Translations under genes and position numbers: made by a program
Shown: positions 1-11,989 of the stretch, in pieces
Layout: each line of letters opens with the position of its first letter
Numbering within the stretch: position 1 is the stretch's first letter
Origin: Takakia lepidozioides
Taxonomy: Eukaryota; Plantae; Bryophyta
Reading direction: 5' to 3'
DNA: 64,000 nucleotides
Assembly: GCA_030704615.1 (NCBI GenBank)
Contig: CM060734.1
Location: 12,462,001-12,526,000, forward strand
Notes under the pieces: model-generated
What the model was told of the DNA's origin: nothing
The model's input: the letters and a program-made list of their open reading frames with translations, nothing else
Database searches by the model: none

Positions 1-499
1 GTGCAGAGTTGTTCAAGAGAGTCATGCCCATGGCTTTCGAGAACCTTGTCATTGCACAACACTGTGATACGTTGAGTTTTTACCATACGTGGTGGGGGCT
101 ATCGTCTTGGGGTTCGGAGATTCAACCCTGGTGACTACGTCTATCTGCAGCAGACTGCTCCTACGACCTGGATGTGACTGCAGGACGTGTTATTTTGAGG
201 GTTCGAGAGGTCTTGCCCTCAGGCATCTTGGTCTTGGAGGGTCGGGATGGCATAACTTGGAAGGACCATGTGCGTAATTGTGCGCACCATGTCACTTTCC
301 GAATGTCGATGGCAGGATAGACCCAAACTTGGCAGTGGTATCTGCAGGTTTGAGGTGCATGTTGTGTGGGTCTACTAAAGGGGCAACCACCATGCTGGTG
401 TGTGATCGATGCTCTAGAGGTTGGCATATGGGATGCTTGACTCCACCTCTTGAGATGGTTCCAGATGGGGATTGGTTATGTCCACATTGCATTGGATAG
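1..499 (+). pseudogene. Ty3/gypsy integrase C-terminus with terminal PHD finger (frameshifted)
   Basis: Homologous to 29697-30356 (GDYVYLQQTAPTTxDV..GRVILRVREVLPSG). Ends CMLC..MLVCDRCSRGWHMGCLTPPL..PDGDWLCPHC, a C4HC3 PHD pattern. Confidence 0.9.
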
Positions 500-744
500 T
501 GGGAGTGGATACAACCATGGAAGGCTAACAAGAAACGCAAGGCCCAGCTACTAGGAGACCTTGAACACACGAGATCCTGGCTCAAGTTCACAGATTGCAA
601 GACGGCGACTAACGATGGGGCTACTCTTGTACCCGACCTCTTGGTCTATAGAGTTTGAGTACAATAGGGACAGTGATAGAGGACTTAGTACGGCTGTGGC
701 TATTACATCTTGTAGCTATCTGGAGGTAGAGGGACCTATCCACC

Positions 745-759
745 AGCTAGGGGGGCGAT
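745..759 (+). promoter_or_regulatory. Polypurine tract of gypsy element
   Basis: AGCTAGGGGGGCGAT directly before TG. The same tract occurs at 30602-30616 after the other integrase-PHD copy. Confidence 0.75.
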
Positions 760-1286
760 TGTGGCAGACTACTTTATTGTGCATATATGTGTGGTGTGGT
801 TTGGACAGCGATGATGTAGTTGTGTAGCGATATGTGCGCACGACAGCTGTCAAGTTAAATAAGCACAGTGTGAAAACAGCTAGAATAAAACTAGTTATTT
901 GTATTTAACACTTGGATTTAGGTCAAGTGTTAAATCAGGTGTCAAGTTTAGTTTGACACCTGGTCCGTCTTATCTTCACGAGAGCGGCAGTCGCGCAGCT
1001 CATCTCTCTCGAGTTGAGCCTGCGCGACCGAGCTCCTTCATGCGTTTAGATCTGAGTGTGCTTATGATGGGAGTGTAGGTTGTTGTGGGGTGGAGTCCCC
1101 ATAGCTTGGGGTGCCCTTGGCTCGACTTCTATTATAAAGAGTGATAGTGATGGATTTCATATGTTTTGTGTCAACAGTGTGTTAGTGGGTTTTCTTATCA
1201 TTGTGGCAGACTACTTTATTGTGCATATATGTGTGGTGTGGTTTGGACAGCGATGTAGTTGTGTAGCGATATGTATGCGCACGACA
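760..1286 (+). repeat. 3' LTR region: partial LTR (760-845) + GC + full LTR (848-1286)
   Basis: 848-1286 has TGTC...GACA termini and resembles the LTRs at 19578 and 38787. 760-845 duplicates 1202-1286. Confidence 0.75.
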
Positions 1287-2620
1287 ACCATGTTATTGGT
1301 GTTGATTAGAAGGTTTTTGAGACGGGTAGGGAAGTCTGGGGGTATGGAAGTGTAGGGGTTGTTTTGGACCAGCAAAAGTAAGGTTAGGGTGGGTTCTTTG
1401 TGACGAAGGTGTTTAGGGAAGGGCAAGTTACGATTGTAACGAAGTTGGTTGGGTTCAATGGCGGCTAATGGTGTTACCCCTAGAGGAAGTTGTAGAAGGG
1501 GGTGTAGCTGGTCGGGTGACCTTTGCTGTGTGAGAATAAGGATAGTGGTGGCGGAGGGGAGGCATGTGCGGCAAGACGTGCCCATTGGAGAGCTACGTGT
1601 GTGAGGGGCCTAGGTGGTGGGTGGGCAAGGCCACCTCCCGACCAGGTATGATGTGTTGCCGAGCCTAGGGCTCCGAAAACACAGTCTCGAGGGTGCGGGC
1701 TGCCATAGGAGGAGAGCTCAAGGGGGCATGTGAGTGGGCTTGAGTAGTAGGAATGGGTAATCTGGAATGAGGTGATAAGAAACTTGAGGATGTCTGGAGG
1801 GATGGAGCAGTGGGTATGGGCTTGGGCTAGTTTGTCGAGGGCACAAGGTTTTTTTGTGGGTGTATCATTTAGATGTCTGACAACAAGCCAGCCGACTTCA
1901 GTGGCGAAATCCTGCCTTGGGGGTTGCAGCTGTGTAGTGCGGGAGATGGAGGCGGTAGATCTGTCCCAGAGCCAGGCGAGTCTGATATGGGAGAGAGACC
2001 CTACAAAGTGACCGTCGAATGTGTATATGTTGGATACTATGCGTCCTGGGCATATGAAGGGGAGACTTGGCTAATATCTTTGTCAGGGTTACATTCAGAG
2101 GTGTTTATATGAATTTTTTGGGCGTCTAATGGATTGCAGATGAATCGAGCATCTAGTGGTTGGGGTGGGGAGACATGGTGTTTGTGGGTGTGTGCCAGGT
2201 ATTTGGTGTTAGTTGATTTATGAAATTCGACGAGGAGGGTACGGTTGTGTGCCGGGTCGCAGTCCTCATGGTTCCCAAAAAGGTCTTCTTCTATTTGCCA
2301 GGTGTTGTCTTCTACTGGGAAGCCTGCCCATTTACATAGATACTATGTATCAACGCACGTGGCACCGAAGGCGTCAAGGGAAGTTTGGGTTTTGATGCCT
2401 GAGATAGCCTCGATAACGAAGGCGTGGGGGTGGTCCAGGTTGACTGAGTGGGGGTTATACAAGGGGAGACGGGAATGGGGGAGTTGGGGGGGGGTAAGTG
2501 GGTATATTGAACGGTTATGGGACTTGGGGGGGGGGGAGAGGGGGGGTCGGGGAGGAGGGTACTCGTGAGGGGTTCTGAACCACTGGAGTATTGAGGGAGC
2601 TGGTGTTGTTTCTAAATTCT
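1287..2620 (-). mobile_element. Fragment of probable non-LTR retroelement ORF with chromodomain and PCIF1/CAPAM-like motifs
   Basis: Manual translation: FVIEAISGIK..*YLCKWAGFPVEDNTWQIEEDL (2420-2280), ECNPDKDI (about 2096-2073), then SYYSSPLTCPLELSSYGSPHPRDCVFGALGSATHHTWSGGGLAHPP (1752-1615). One stop and at least two frameshifts. Confidence 0.65.
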
Positions 2621-2769
2621 GGAAGGAGTCTTGTGGGTTATGTGGGAAGAAGAATGGACACGCTCCGCTCTCTCACTGCCATAATCACCAACAAGCGCCA
2701 GCTCGAATCCAACCTCCCCCCTGCCCCTTAGGTGCCCCTGGCGCTTATGGGCACCTGTCGGTACCCATG

Positions 2770-4475
2770 GGGGATGCTAGAGTGTGAGCCTAGCCACGCG
2801 AGCCCAGGAGCCTGTGAGCCCAAGAGCCTGACGTGAGCCCAGTCCACGTGGCACGAGAATGGGGGAAGATGCAGGGTGTATTTCCGCGGATGAGCACCCA
2901 TTACCGTGGAAACACGGCAAATCGGAAACCTCAAACCCTAACCCTAACCCTTAGCGAATTGCCATGTTCGTGGAGGGAAACAGGGCTGGGAATTAAGCGG
3001 GCATTAGGCATATGAGATTTATTTTATTTTATCCCCCCCCCCCCCCCAGGCATCTTGGTAGATGTCGTCGACGATCATCGTGAATTCATGATCATGAAGA
3101 AATTGAGTGCGTTGACACACTCAGTTCTGCGTTTGGGGGAGGGGGGGGAAAAAAATAAAAATAAAAAAAATAAAAAATTCCCCCTCCCTCCCCCCCCCCC
3201 CCCCGGAGAACTGAGTGCGTCAACGCACTCAATTTCTTCATGATCATGATTTCAGGATGATCATCGACGACAGGTGCGGGTCCGGATTTTCACCCCGGGT
3301 ACCCGGCGGGTTAGGGTCAGCGTTTTTTTATTGGCGATTTTTCGCCATTTGGCCACCTGAAAATCCCCTTGGCGAATGAAACAAAGGGAAAAAGAGGTCC
3401 AAATAAGCAGTTTTCGCCAAAAACTGGGGATCTCAAAAAGGTCCTCGTCTGTGGACCCACGGGGGCAGCACAGATGTAGCCACGGCGGGCCCTATGTAGG
3501 ATGATCTGACGGGCCAGATGAGGAGTGGGTTTAGGATTGTGGGGCCTCCTCCGTTTCTCAAGGAGATGCTCGTCGCCAGTCTTGCGAGAACTATACGACT
3601 TTCAACTATTTCTGTACTTCACCTTCTATTGCTCATCAATATCCATTTGATTCGCAAAATATGGCAAGGGTGGAAATACATGTAGCCTATCAATTCGAGG
3701 AAAATTACCTAGAGTGGGCCACTACCCTACACCCAATATATATAGCCACTCCTACCCGTTTTCAAAATCCCTAAAAAAAACCCTGGTTAGGATCTGGGTT
3801 ACCTATCCAAATCCGGACCCGTGCCATCACCAAAAATTTGGACCCTGACCCGGGTTCATTTTAAAACCGGACCCGGACCCGCCAGCTAGGTCCAGAAGCC
3901 GTTAAAACCCCTACTCGCGGGCCAGAGTTGGTATAGCCATCTCCCCTAGTTCACTAGTTGCCTTTCTAGAGAGTTCTACTTTCTAGATAGTTGTACTATT
4001 GTCGGTGGGTTGAAAAGCAACTCACTAATGGGTGTGGCTGCTGCAGGAGTATACTTATAGGAACAGTGACCACAGAAGGTTGGGGCTTGGTGAGAGTGGG
4101 GCCAGGTGGCTTGGGGCTCGTCTTCAAGGTGGAGCGCTTGGGGTTGGTGGAGGGTAGGACCAGCTGCGTGAAGTGCTTGGGGTGGGAGTGCTTGGGGTTG
4201 ACGAAGTAGGGCTAGGGGGAATTGGGTCGATCGTCGTGCTTCTAAAGGGGACTCAATATGTCATGTTTGCCGTGTTTGGAAGTTTTGCCGTGTTCACCTC
4301 TTCTTCCAAAATATACGTTTCCACGGTAATATGACCCCCTCTAAATCCTGTCCTCGGTTATAGGACTTGCTTCTCCCTCCTCTAAACCCTAGGCTCACGC
4401 TTAGAGGGCAAAGCGTGAGCCGAGCTCCTGGGCTCACGCGGCTAGGCTCACGCCGTAGCTACGCTCTGGTACCCC
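2770..4475. mobile_element. Non-autonomous TIR element (MITE-like, GGGG termini)
   Basis: Left end GGGGATGCTAGAGTGTGAGCCTAGCCACGCGAGCCCAGGAGC matches the inverted right end at 4420-4475. ATG flanks both ends (possible 3-bp TSD). The left end recurs at 63882-64000. Confidence 0.55.
3063..3272. repeat. Foldback inverted repeat (about 85-bp arms, A-rich loop)
   Basis: TGTCGTCGACGATCATC..CATGATCATGAAGAAATTGAGTGCGTTGAC..CTCAGTTCT mirrored at 3208-3272. Confidence 0.85.
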
Positions 4476-4789
4476 ATGGGCCCCATGGGAACCACAAGGT
4501 ACCCTTAGCACCATGGTTACCTCCTCCTTGCTTGTCCCTTGGTCATTCAGTTCTCTCATAGGGCCCACCCCTAAAAAGGGGCAGTAGCCGCAAGGCGAAG
4601 TGGCTCTTAGTTACGCCGGCTTCGACCGGAGTCTTCTTCCCCATGACTCCCACCACAAGGCCTCAGCCTCATGATGAGTCATATGCCACCGGGCACTACG
4701 ACTCCCTAAGCTACCACCACCCCACACGGAGCCCCCCCCCACCGCAACCTCGTTGTCGGGGCTCCACCTAGTAAGCGCCTCCGCCTCTC

Positions 4790-5300
4790 TTGAATCGGAG
4801 TTGGAGAGAAGTCAAGTTTGAAGCAGGCATAGAGGTCTGGTTGCACATTAAGAATTTTCAACTACCTCCAGAAGTGAGTCCGAACTTCGTGCCTCCATAT
4901 GCGGGATCTTTTCGCATTCGAAAAGTTATGAATGAGAACGTGTATGAGTTGGAATTACCGGCAGAAAGCAAAGTACATCCCGTGCTCCATGTCTCGCTTT
5001 TGAAGCCATACTTCAAGGATGTGCGTCCAACTCAAGTTTTGCGTCCACCGCCTGTGTTGCTGGATCATGAAAATGAACCCGAGTATGAAGTGGAGGCAAT
5101 ACTTAAGTCGAGGCCGATTCGAAATCGAGAGACATAGTATCTTTGTAAAGTGAAGAAAATACCACCAAGTGGAGGCAAGCTGGGTGCATGCCTCAGAAAT
5201 GGGAAATGCACCCAAGGTAGTGGCGGATTCCGAAGGACGGCCTCAAAAGCGGAAGAAACGTTGATGGGGACATCAACCTTTAGACAGTGGGGGAGGGAAT
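4790..5300 (+). pseudogene. Chromoviral gypsy integrase C-terminus (GPY/F region + chromodomain) with PPT
   Basis: PPYAGSFRI..VYELELP..VHPVLHVSLLKPY..EYEVEAIL..*YLCK. Purine tract GGGGGAGGGAA at about 5289-5299, then TGTAAG (probable LTR start) at 5313. Confidence 0.8.
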
Positions 5301-6456
5301 CGGGAATCCAATTGTAAGGACTTGTGTTGTTCAAATCTTATTATAAAGATGTATCGTTTTCAAATGGTGTGTTTTATATTTGTTTGGCATGGTGATGCAT
5401 GATGTGGTTGGCTAGTATGTAGGTTGCAGGCTAGTTTACAAAAGTAGGGAGAGATAAATTGAACGAGTCATGTGTTTGCATTACTGAAATCGGGTGGCTT
5501 CCAAACTAGAGGCAAAGAAACTTGCCTCTTGGTTGGGACTTCATGTGCTAATGAGCATGTGACGCGTGTGCGTAGTACAATCGCGCTAAATGAGGGGGTT
5601 GGCTCGTAGTGTGGGCTAACACAGCTATGTGCTTGCGTTCACGTGCTATAATCATTTAGCCTCGGTAAGGAATCTTAGGGAGATTGCGGTGTGTTCTCAT
5701 GCCTCAAGCCAACATTCCAAGGCGTGCCCAATTGTAGTGATTGGGGCACACAGTGAGTTCAAGATTATTCCTAATCAAAGGGGTTCAAGGCAAACCTTTG
5801 TTCAAAGTAATGCCAAAAGCGGCATCATGCGCGGTCGCAAGCGATAGTTGTTGCAGTAAGACGATTCGATCCTGGAGGAGGATTGTGCCTCGGCCTTGAA
5901 AGGGGCCGAGAAGAGTGCACCAGGTGGAAATTTCACCCTTGGGCCTGATTTGGGAAGTCGGCCGAACTAGCTACTGGGGAGTAAGAGTCTGATTCTTCTT
6001 CCGATAGATAGAGGGGGATTTAGAGGATATCTTTCTTGAAATAGTCCCAGAGCATCCCTGGTAACGCTGCATCCCCACAACCACTCTCTTGAGTATGACC
6101 TATCCATAACAAATTTGCTTGATAAGGCAGGCAATTACATCTCTTTGAGATGCATAACTTTCCCCACAGAATTGGTTGACTGAATGTGATTTTATCAACA
6201 CGATGAGATCCAAAATTACAGCCAGCACCATTAGGCCTAGTGGAAAGAAAATTGAAAAGTATTAAAGAAGATACCAACAATCCTAATGACAGTGGTACGA
6301 TAAGTGCACCACCAAAACCTGTTAAATCAATTGATAAAATGTTTCCATGCAAGTGAACATGCATGGTAACTCTGATGCTAAATGCTTCACAAGACATCCT
6401 CTCTCCTCACCCATCATTCATTATTACAACTCACTTGAGCAAGATAAGCCTCAAAC

Positions 6457-7069
6457 CTGCTTGACAATTGTGGAGTAAGCTTGCCTTCAGCTTGCAGCCG
6501 CACCTTCACCAAATCAGTGGGGCTAGCCACAGTGATGGCTATTGCACCTGCTTCCACCAACCCCCATAATCAATTCTGACCCCCAACAGTATGAAGAGAG
6601 GACAACTAGCATGTAGCCCAGTGGTAAGGGCACATACCCTCTCACGAGTGGTTGTGGGTTCAATCCACCCTGTTGGAAGTCATTATGGTGTTCACCTTCC
6701 CACCGGAAGGCAGTAACCCTATGGGGTCAAGTGACACCATAAGTTACACTTGCTTCGGCAACGTGTCTATTTATTTTAATTTTATTTATTTATTTATTTA
6801 TTAACGAAGAGAGTGCCAGCATAACCACCATTATGATTCAAAGTAGGCTAGAAAGACACATAAAATCAGATTGTGGCAGGAGAATGGAGACATGAAGGCA
6901 GAGTAGATGATAGGCCACTCCCAGTCGCAAAGGTTGGAAGACAGAGGGGTTGACTGTGGAAGAGAAGAAAGATAAGGGGAAATAGGCTTGCCTGTAGTGA
7001 GACCAGCTAGAATTTTCTTCAGCAACGGGACATCTCCCACATGGTCAGGCCTATGTACAAGTTCTTAAT
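6457..7069 (-). pseudogene. Mitochondrial uncoupling protein (UCP/PUMP) two-exon remnant
   Basis: Exon 7069-6992 reads IKNLY(fs)PDHVGDVPLLKKILAGLTTG with a GC donor. Exon 6548-6457 reads GAIAITVASPTDLVKVRLQAEG(deletion)AYSTIVKQ with a GT donor. PxDxxKxRxQ is the mitochondrial carrier signature. Confidence 0.85.
6609..6802 (+). mobile_element. tRNA-derived SINE-like element in the UCP intron
   Basis: A-box TAGCCCAGTGG, B-box GGTTCAATCC about 35 nt later, and a (TATT)n tail at 6768-6802. Confidence 0.65.
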
Positions 7070-7849
7070 CTGAAATTTACCACACACCACAGAAAGAAAC
7101 TATCAACAAGTTTTGTACTGAGGCTCACACTTACCACAAGTAGCCTTATTGGTATGTACTTGGCCATGCAAACCATTGGGGGGGGGGGGCCTCCAAGTAG
7201 AGAGCTTCCCTGATCAGTCCAAAATTCACTATCTTTGTCTTCCCATAACCCATACAATTCATTTCCTGGCCATTTCACCTTTTCCCTTTCGTTTGTATCT
7301 CTCATCTTTCCCTCCCTCCTAGAAGAAGCCTTCAGCTATCAGGACCGAAATGCTTAGCAATTTTAACCTACCTGCATTGTCTTTGGGCAAAGTTTAGGAT
7401 TTGATCTATTTTCCTTATCAGTGTTCTGTGACCTCCTGTATGACAAAATCAAAGACTGGTTGTTCTGTTGGGGCATGTGCTTCATGTGCCAAGGCTAAGA
7501 AAACTGAAGTCTGACCAATACCATCTGTTCCCCATGTCCCATTTACTCTTCTAAAGATTGCACCCACAATCCTGCAAGTAGCTACTTTGGCACTTAAGAC
7601 TTCAAAATACAAAAGTGGGCAAAACAAGGATGTGTGGATGGTCAAATCAGGCTGGATCGTGACAGTGAAAATGGAGTGGCAAAGAGGGTCTTCGCAGATT
7701 CTTCACCAATCTAAGAGGAATCTATCATTCTTACCCCAACTCACACAAGGTTGAGACTATTGACTTTCTTTGAAAACTATAATCAAATTGTTCCGGAATT
7801 GGCATTACCGTTTCTTCAGCTCTTCTCCAAAAAGATCAGGTCTTTCTCT

Positions 7850-8930
7850 AAATGCGGCGCCGCATTTCCGTCCAACATGTAAACCCTGTGATTGCGGATC
7901 GGAAATGCGGCACCGCATTTCCGTCCGCGGTGTACCTTTGTACTTTACTGGACGGAAATGCGGAGCAACATTTCCGACCAACTATTAAGGCATGTAACAG
8001 TTGGACGGAAATGCGGCGCCACATTTCCGTCCAACATGCAAACCCTGTGACTGTGGATCGGAAATGCGGCACCGCATTTCCGTCCGCGATGTACCTTTGT
8101 ACTTTACTGGACGGAAATGCGGAGCAACATTTCCGACCAACTATTAAGGCATGTAACAGTTGGACGTAAATGTGGCACTACATTTCCGTCCGAGGTGTAC
8201 CTTTGTATTTTCCAGCATGTAAGGCCTGTAACTGTGCAACGGAAATGCGGCACCGCAGTCCGTCCAACAAGTAAGGTATGTAACAGTCGAACGGAAATGC
8301 GGCACCACATTTCCGTCCGAGGTGTACCTTCCGAATTTCTAGAACGGAAATGCGGCGCCGCATTTCCGTTTCACTATAACTCATCAGACGTTGGGTCGGA
8401 AATGCGGTGCCGTATTTTCGTCTGTGGCATACAAATTCCAACAGTTCGAACGGAATGCCCCTCAGCATTCCCGTGCTAGATCCTACTTCATGATAAATGA
8501 ACACGTGGCCCAACGGAAATGCGGCACCGCATTTCCATGTGTCTCGAGTCCACCCTGACATTTTTATCCTGCATCGAGATGCGAAAGGTAATGCGAGATC
8601 GAACGGTAGGAATGCGGCGCCGCATTTTGATGTCTGCACTCATGCTAGCTGAAGTGGCAAGAGGCGGCGCGGCCTGACCGTTGGATAATGATGTTTGTCC
8701 GGCAGACTGCACGCGTACCTTTTAACGATTCGAATTTCCTAATGACGTAGTCCACGAGGAGACACTTCCAGCCCAGCCTTTCGAACCCAAGCGGTGCATG
8801 TACAAATGAGACCACACTATCGGATATGGAAATGCGGTGCCGCATTTCCAGAACGGACATGGACATGCATATTGAAGGTCGAATATGGAAATGCGGTGCC
8901 GCATTTCCAATTCGAAGTATGGAAATGCCA
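7850..8930. repeat. Array of palindromes GGAAATGCGG-NN-CCGCATTTCC, partly in tandem units of about 157 bp
   Basis: More than a dozen full or partial copies. 7900-8056 and 8057-8170 are near-duplicates. Confidence 0.9.
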
Positions 8931-9959
8931 TTTAGAACACAAGTCTGTTATCTTTATTGTGTACGCACCATCAATTTGCGCCTAATGTCGGAAGTATTCG
9001 TTGTTTGTATTCGTCCTCTTTCGCCCGGTTATCAGCTGGTTCTGCTTTGTATAGAAATGGTGAGACTGTGTATCCTGTGTCTCAGCCCAAAATGTAGTTA
9101 TTGCACATGGTGGAATGCCCTGGTTGTAGGAGGCATGGTCCATGACCTGCCTGTTGCCCAATTGGTTTTCAAGGATGCAGAGGCTGCAGATTTCTTTCAC
9201 ATTTAAAGGTATACTATAGTTTGGAGCTAATTGCTCTTCAGAGGAAAGTTTAGAGAGTCAGAGCCTTGTCAAAATCTGTTATCTTAATGACAACTTTTGG
9301 ATGGGAGGCACACACTTTAAGTTTTAGATCTCTGTTTTGGAGGATCTATATTCCCCTTCATATTCATATAAGTGCAGATCTCTTTGTGGATGATATCTAT
9401 CCTCTTTATTTCCATGCAATTCCTTATATTGTTAGTTCAGATCTCTGTGTTCCAGATAACCTACCTATGTCATAAATAGTGGCAATGGCAAGCATTCGCC
9501 TAGTAGAGTAGAACTGTGTTAAAGGGGATGAACTTGAGGGGTTTTCAGCGTGGCATTTGGTCAATAGATAGTGGCAATGGCAAGCATTCAACTACTGGAA
9601 TAGAATTGTGTTAAAAGGGATGATATGGAGGGGTTTTTAGAGTGGCATGTGGGTTCCTATGACAGATGTGTGTGGGCATAGTTTAGCATCAACATTTGGA
9701 AAGATTTGGACAATTGATTTCGTTTTGAAGCTAATCCTTTCTATATACTTCTGAGGTGTCGGCAGGGGGTTTCATAAGCAACCCGTCCAGATTTTGGTGC
9801 ATCACCACTAGAACCCTCGACTTCCTATGAATCGCGGTGAGTCCCAAGATTCCTCCACGATTCTCACCACAAGGCCTCAGCCCTCTCCATGGTTCATGTT
9901 AGGCCAGCTCATATGCCAGCATTGGACCTGGGTATAATAATTGTTTTTTCATAAGGCAG

Positions 9960-11400
9960 TTAGAGGGAAAGGAAATCCTCATAAGCCATAGAGCACACCC
10001 AAAAACAGTGCAAGGGGAATGGGGTGACCCCTAAGCCTGCAAAGTCATCCTCCAACATAAGGACTAGAATGGTGGCATCACCCACTTTTAACCCAAACCC
10101 CTCGTTTTCCACGTCTTCAGGTAACTGATAAATGAAAACATTGAAGAGCAGTGGGAAGAGGGTGCAGCCTTGAACTACACCTTGGTCAATATCAAAGAAG
10201 TCATATTTCTGTCCATTAACCGTAACACAGCTTTTGGTGCTCGCATACGGGTTGTGAACTATCCTCCACATCTTTCCTCTGACCCCTGGCCATTTTTCGG
10301 TTTGTACAATTGTTGGAAGGCCAACCAGAAACTTTTATTATTACCACCATGGTGGTTCAAGTTTATGTCACTATACAACTTTAAGTAATTTCTTTTGCGA
10401 CCTTACAAGCCAACTAACATCTTTGCCCATTTGGTGCACAAATCCTTATCATTTTTTATATTACAATAGTCCTTACAGAGTTCCCGCCTCTCAGCAATCT
10501 TGAGCTTGATCTCAACGGTCCACCAATTTACTCCTCAATTAGTTTCCTTCCAATGATCTTATCAGCGACAGAGGTGATGAAAGCTCTTTTGAATTTGCTT
10601 GCAAGAGGCATGGTCTCGGAGGAATGAGAATGGGAAGCTCAGGAGAAGGTTTTTTGTGTGTGAGAAAGCCATCTAGATTTATTTCAGACCTCTAAAATAA
10701 ATTTACGGAGGTCAGATAATGTTTTATTAGTCCTACCATAGCTCTAGAAGGGCTGGGGACCAAGCTTACCGTGGTGGGTTCTTGCTAACCCCCATTGTTG
10801 GTTAGATTACTATTTTGAGTTTGCTTGGAACTTTTCAAGAGCATTGCCCCAACTGGGCAGCCATGATTAAGGTGCATGGAAGGGGCAAACTAATCCCATA
10901 TCAGGCTATAATCACGTTGGCTACAGCCCGAGAGGGCCACAAGCAGAGTTGACCATGATGTTGTGCAGTCAAAGTACGATGTGGGAAAGCCTCTTTCAAG
11001 GCCAGGACATTCTGCCCTGACCTCTTCACTCAGAACTTTTTCTAATCTTTTGCCATTGGAATTCAGCTCTTCGTCAAAAAAAGGCCCTGCAAAGTTGGCT
11101 TGTTGTATACTATGACACAAGAAATCACAAACAAAGGATCCTACACCTTTCTGACCACGCTTTGCAGAGGCCACCTTGAGGGCACACATCTTACCATACC
11201 ACTTATACCCATCGACATCCCTAACTCTCTTGTCCACAGTTTCCCATGTCTCTTGTCCAGCACAAATGTGCAAGCCCTTATTTGAAGAACTTCACGCACA
11301 ACGAATTGTTTCCATTGGTTAGTCAGCCCACATAGGTTAAAGGTGCCCAGAAGGTGCCGAGTTGCAAACCAGCCTTTTGCATATGCATTGTCTGCCATCT
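9960..11400 (-). mobile_element. Degenerate LINE (APE endonuclease + RT fragments)
   Basis: GTFNLCGL..QETW..GYKWYG..NSNGKRL (APE-like). GVVQGCTLFPLLFNVFI..LMLEDDF (RT QG..LSPxLF and xADD region). Confidence 0.75.
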
Positions 11401-11989
11401 AGGTGGTTCATGAGAGCTCCTAGACGTCCTGCAATTCTGCAATGATTGGTCAGATTCATTGTAGGCAGGTTTAGTGGTCTTGTGTGTAAACTTTCAGGAT
11501 TGGCATGCCATTGAGCGTGCTATATCCATCATTCAAACATTGATCGGTCACTGTGTGAGGAGACATGTCTGATTCTGGCCATTGACATGCCATATCCTTC
11601 ATTCACACATTGATAGGTCACTGTGCACAAAGACATGTCTGATTCTGGCTCAACCTCGTCCAGGGCTTCAAACAAGTTGGAAACTCTCAGTTTAAGTCCC
11701 CATCTTCGGCTGTCATCCCTGGGTGCCTCATTGAATCACCAATGTCTAAGATCGCTCTCCAACCAGTCAAGGGGTCGAACTTCTCTGAGATTACTTTGAA
11801 GTGAGTCTCTACGTGTAGCATTCTTAGACATTGTCACCTTCAATGCACCGCTGCTACAAAGTCTCGAGATAGCACCATCAGCCACATAATCCAAGCCTAG
11901 TAGTTTTAAAGGACACATTGTCCATCCTAGGATTCACCCCAAGAACTACACATGAAGCTCTAGTCCCCAGGAATCAACCTGGGAATTAG

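Noticed and set aside
2935-2953. Telomeric (CCCTAA)n tract
   Set aside because: Only about three units inside a repeat element, too short to call an interstitial telomere.
7850-8930. CRISPR array or repeat-protein ORFs (KCGTAFP, EMRRRIS)
   Set aside because: Spacers are duplicated and irregular. The ORFs appear on both strands simply because the repeat is palindromic.
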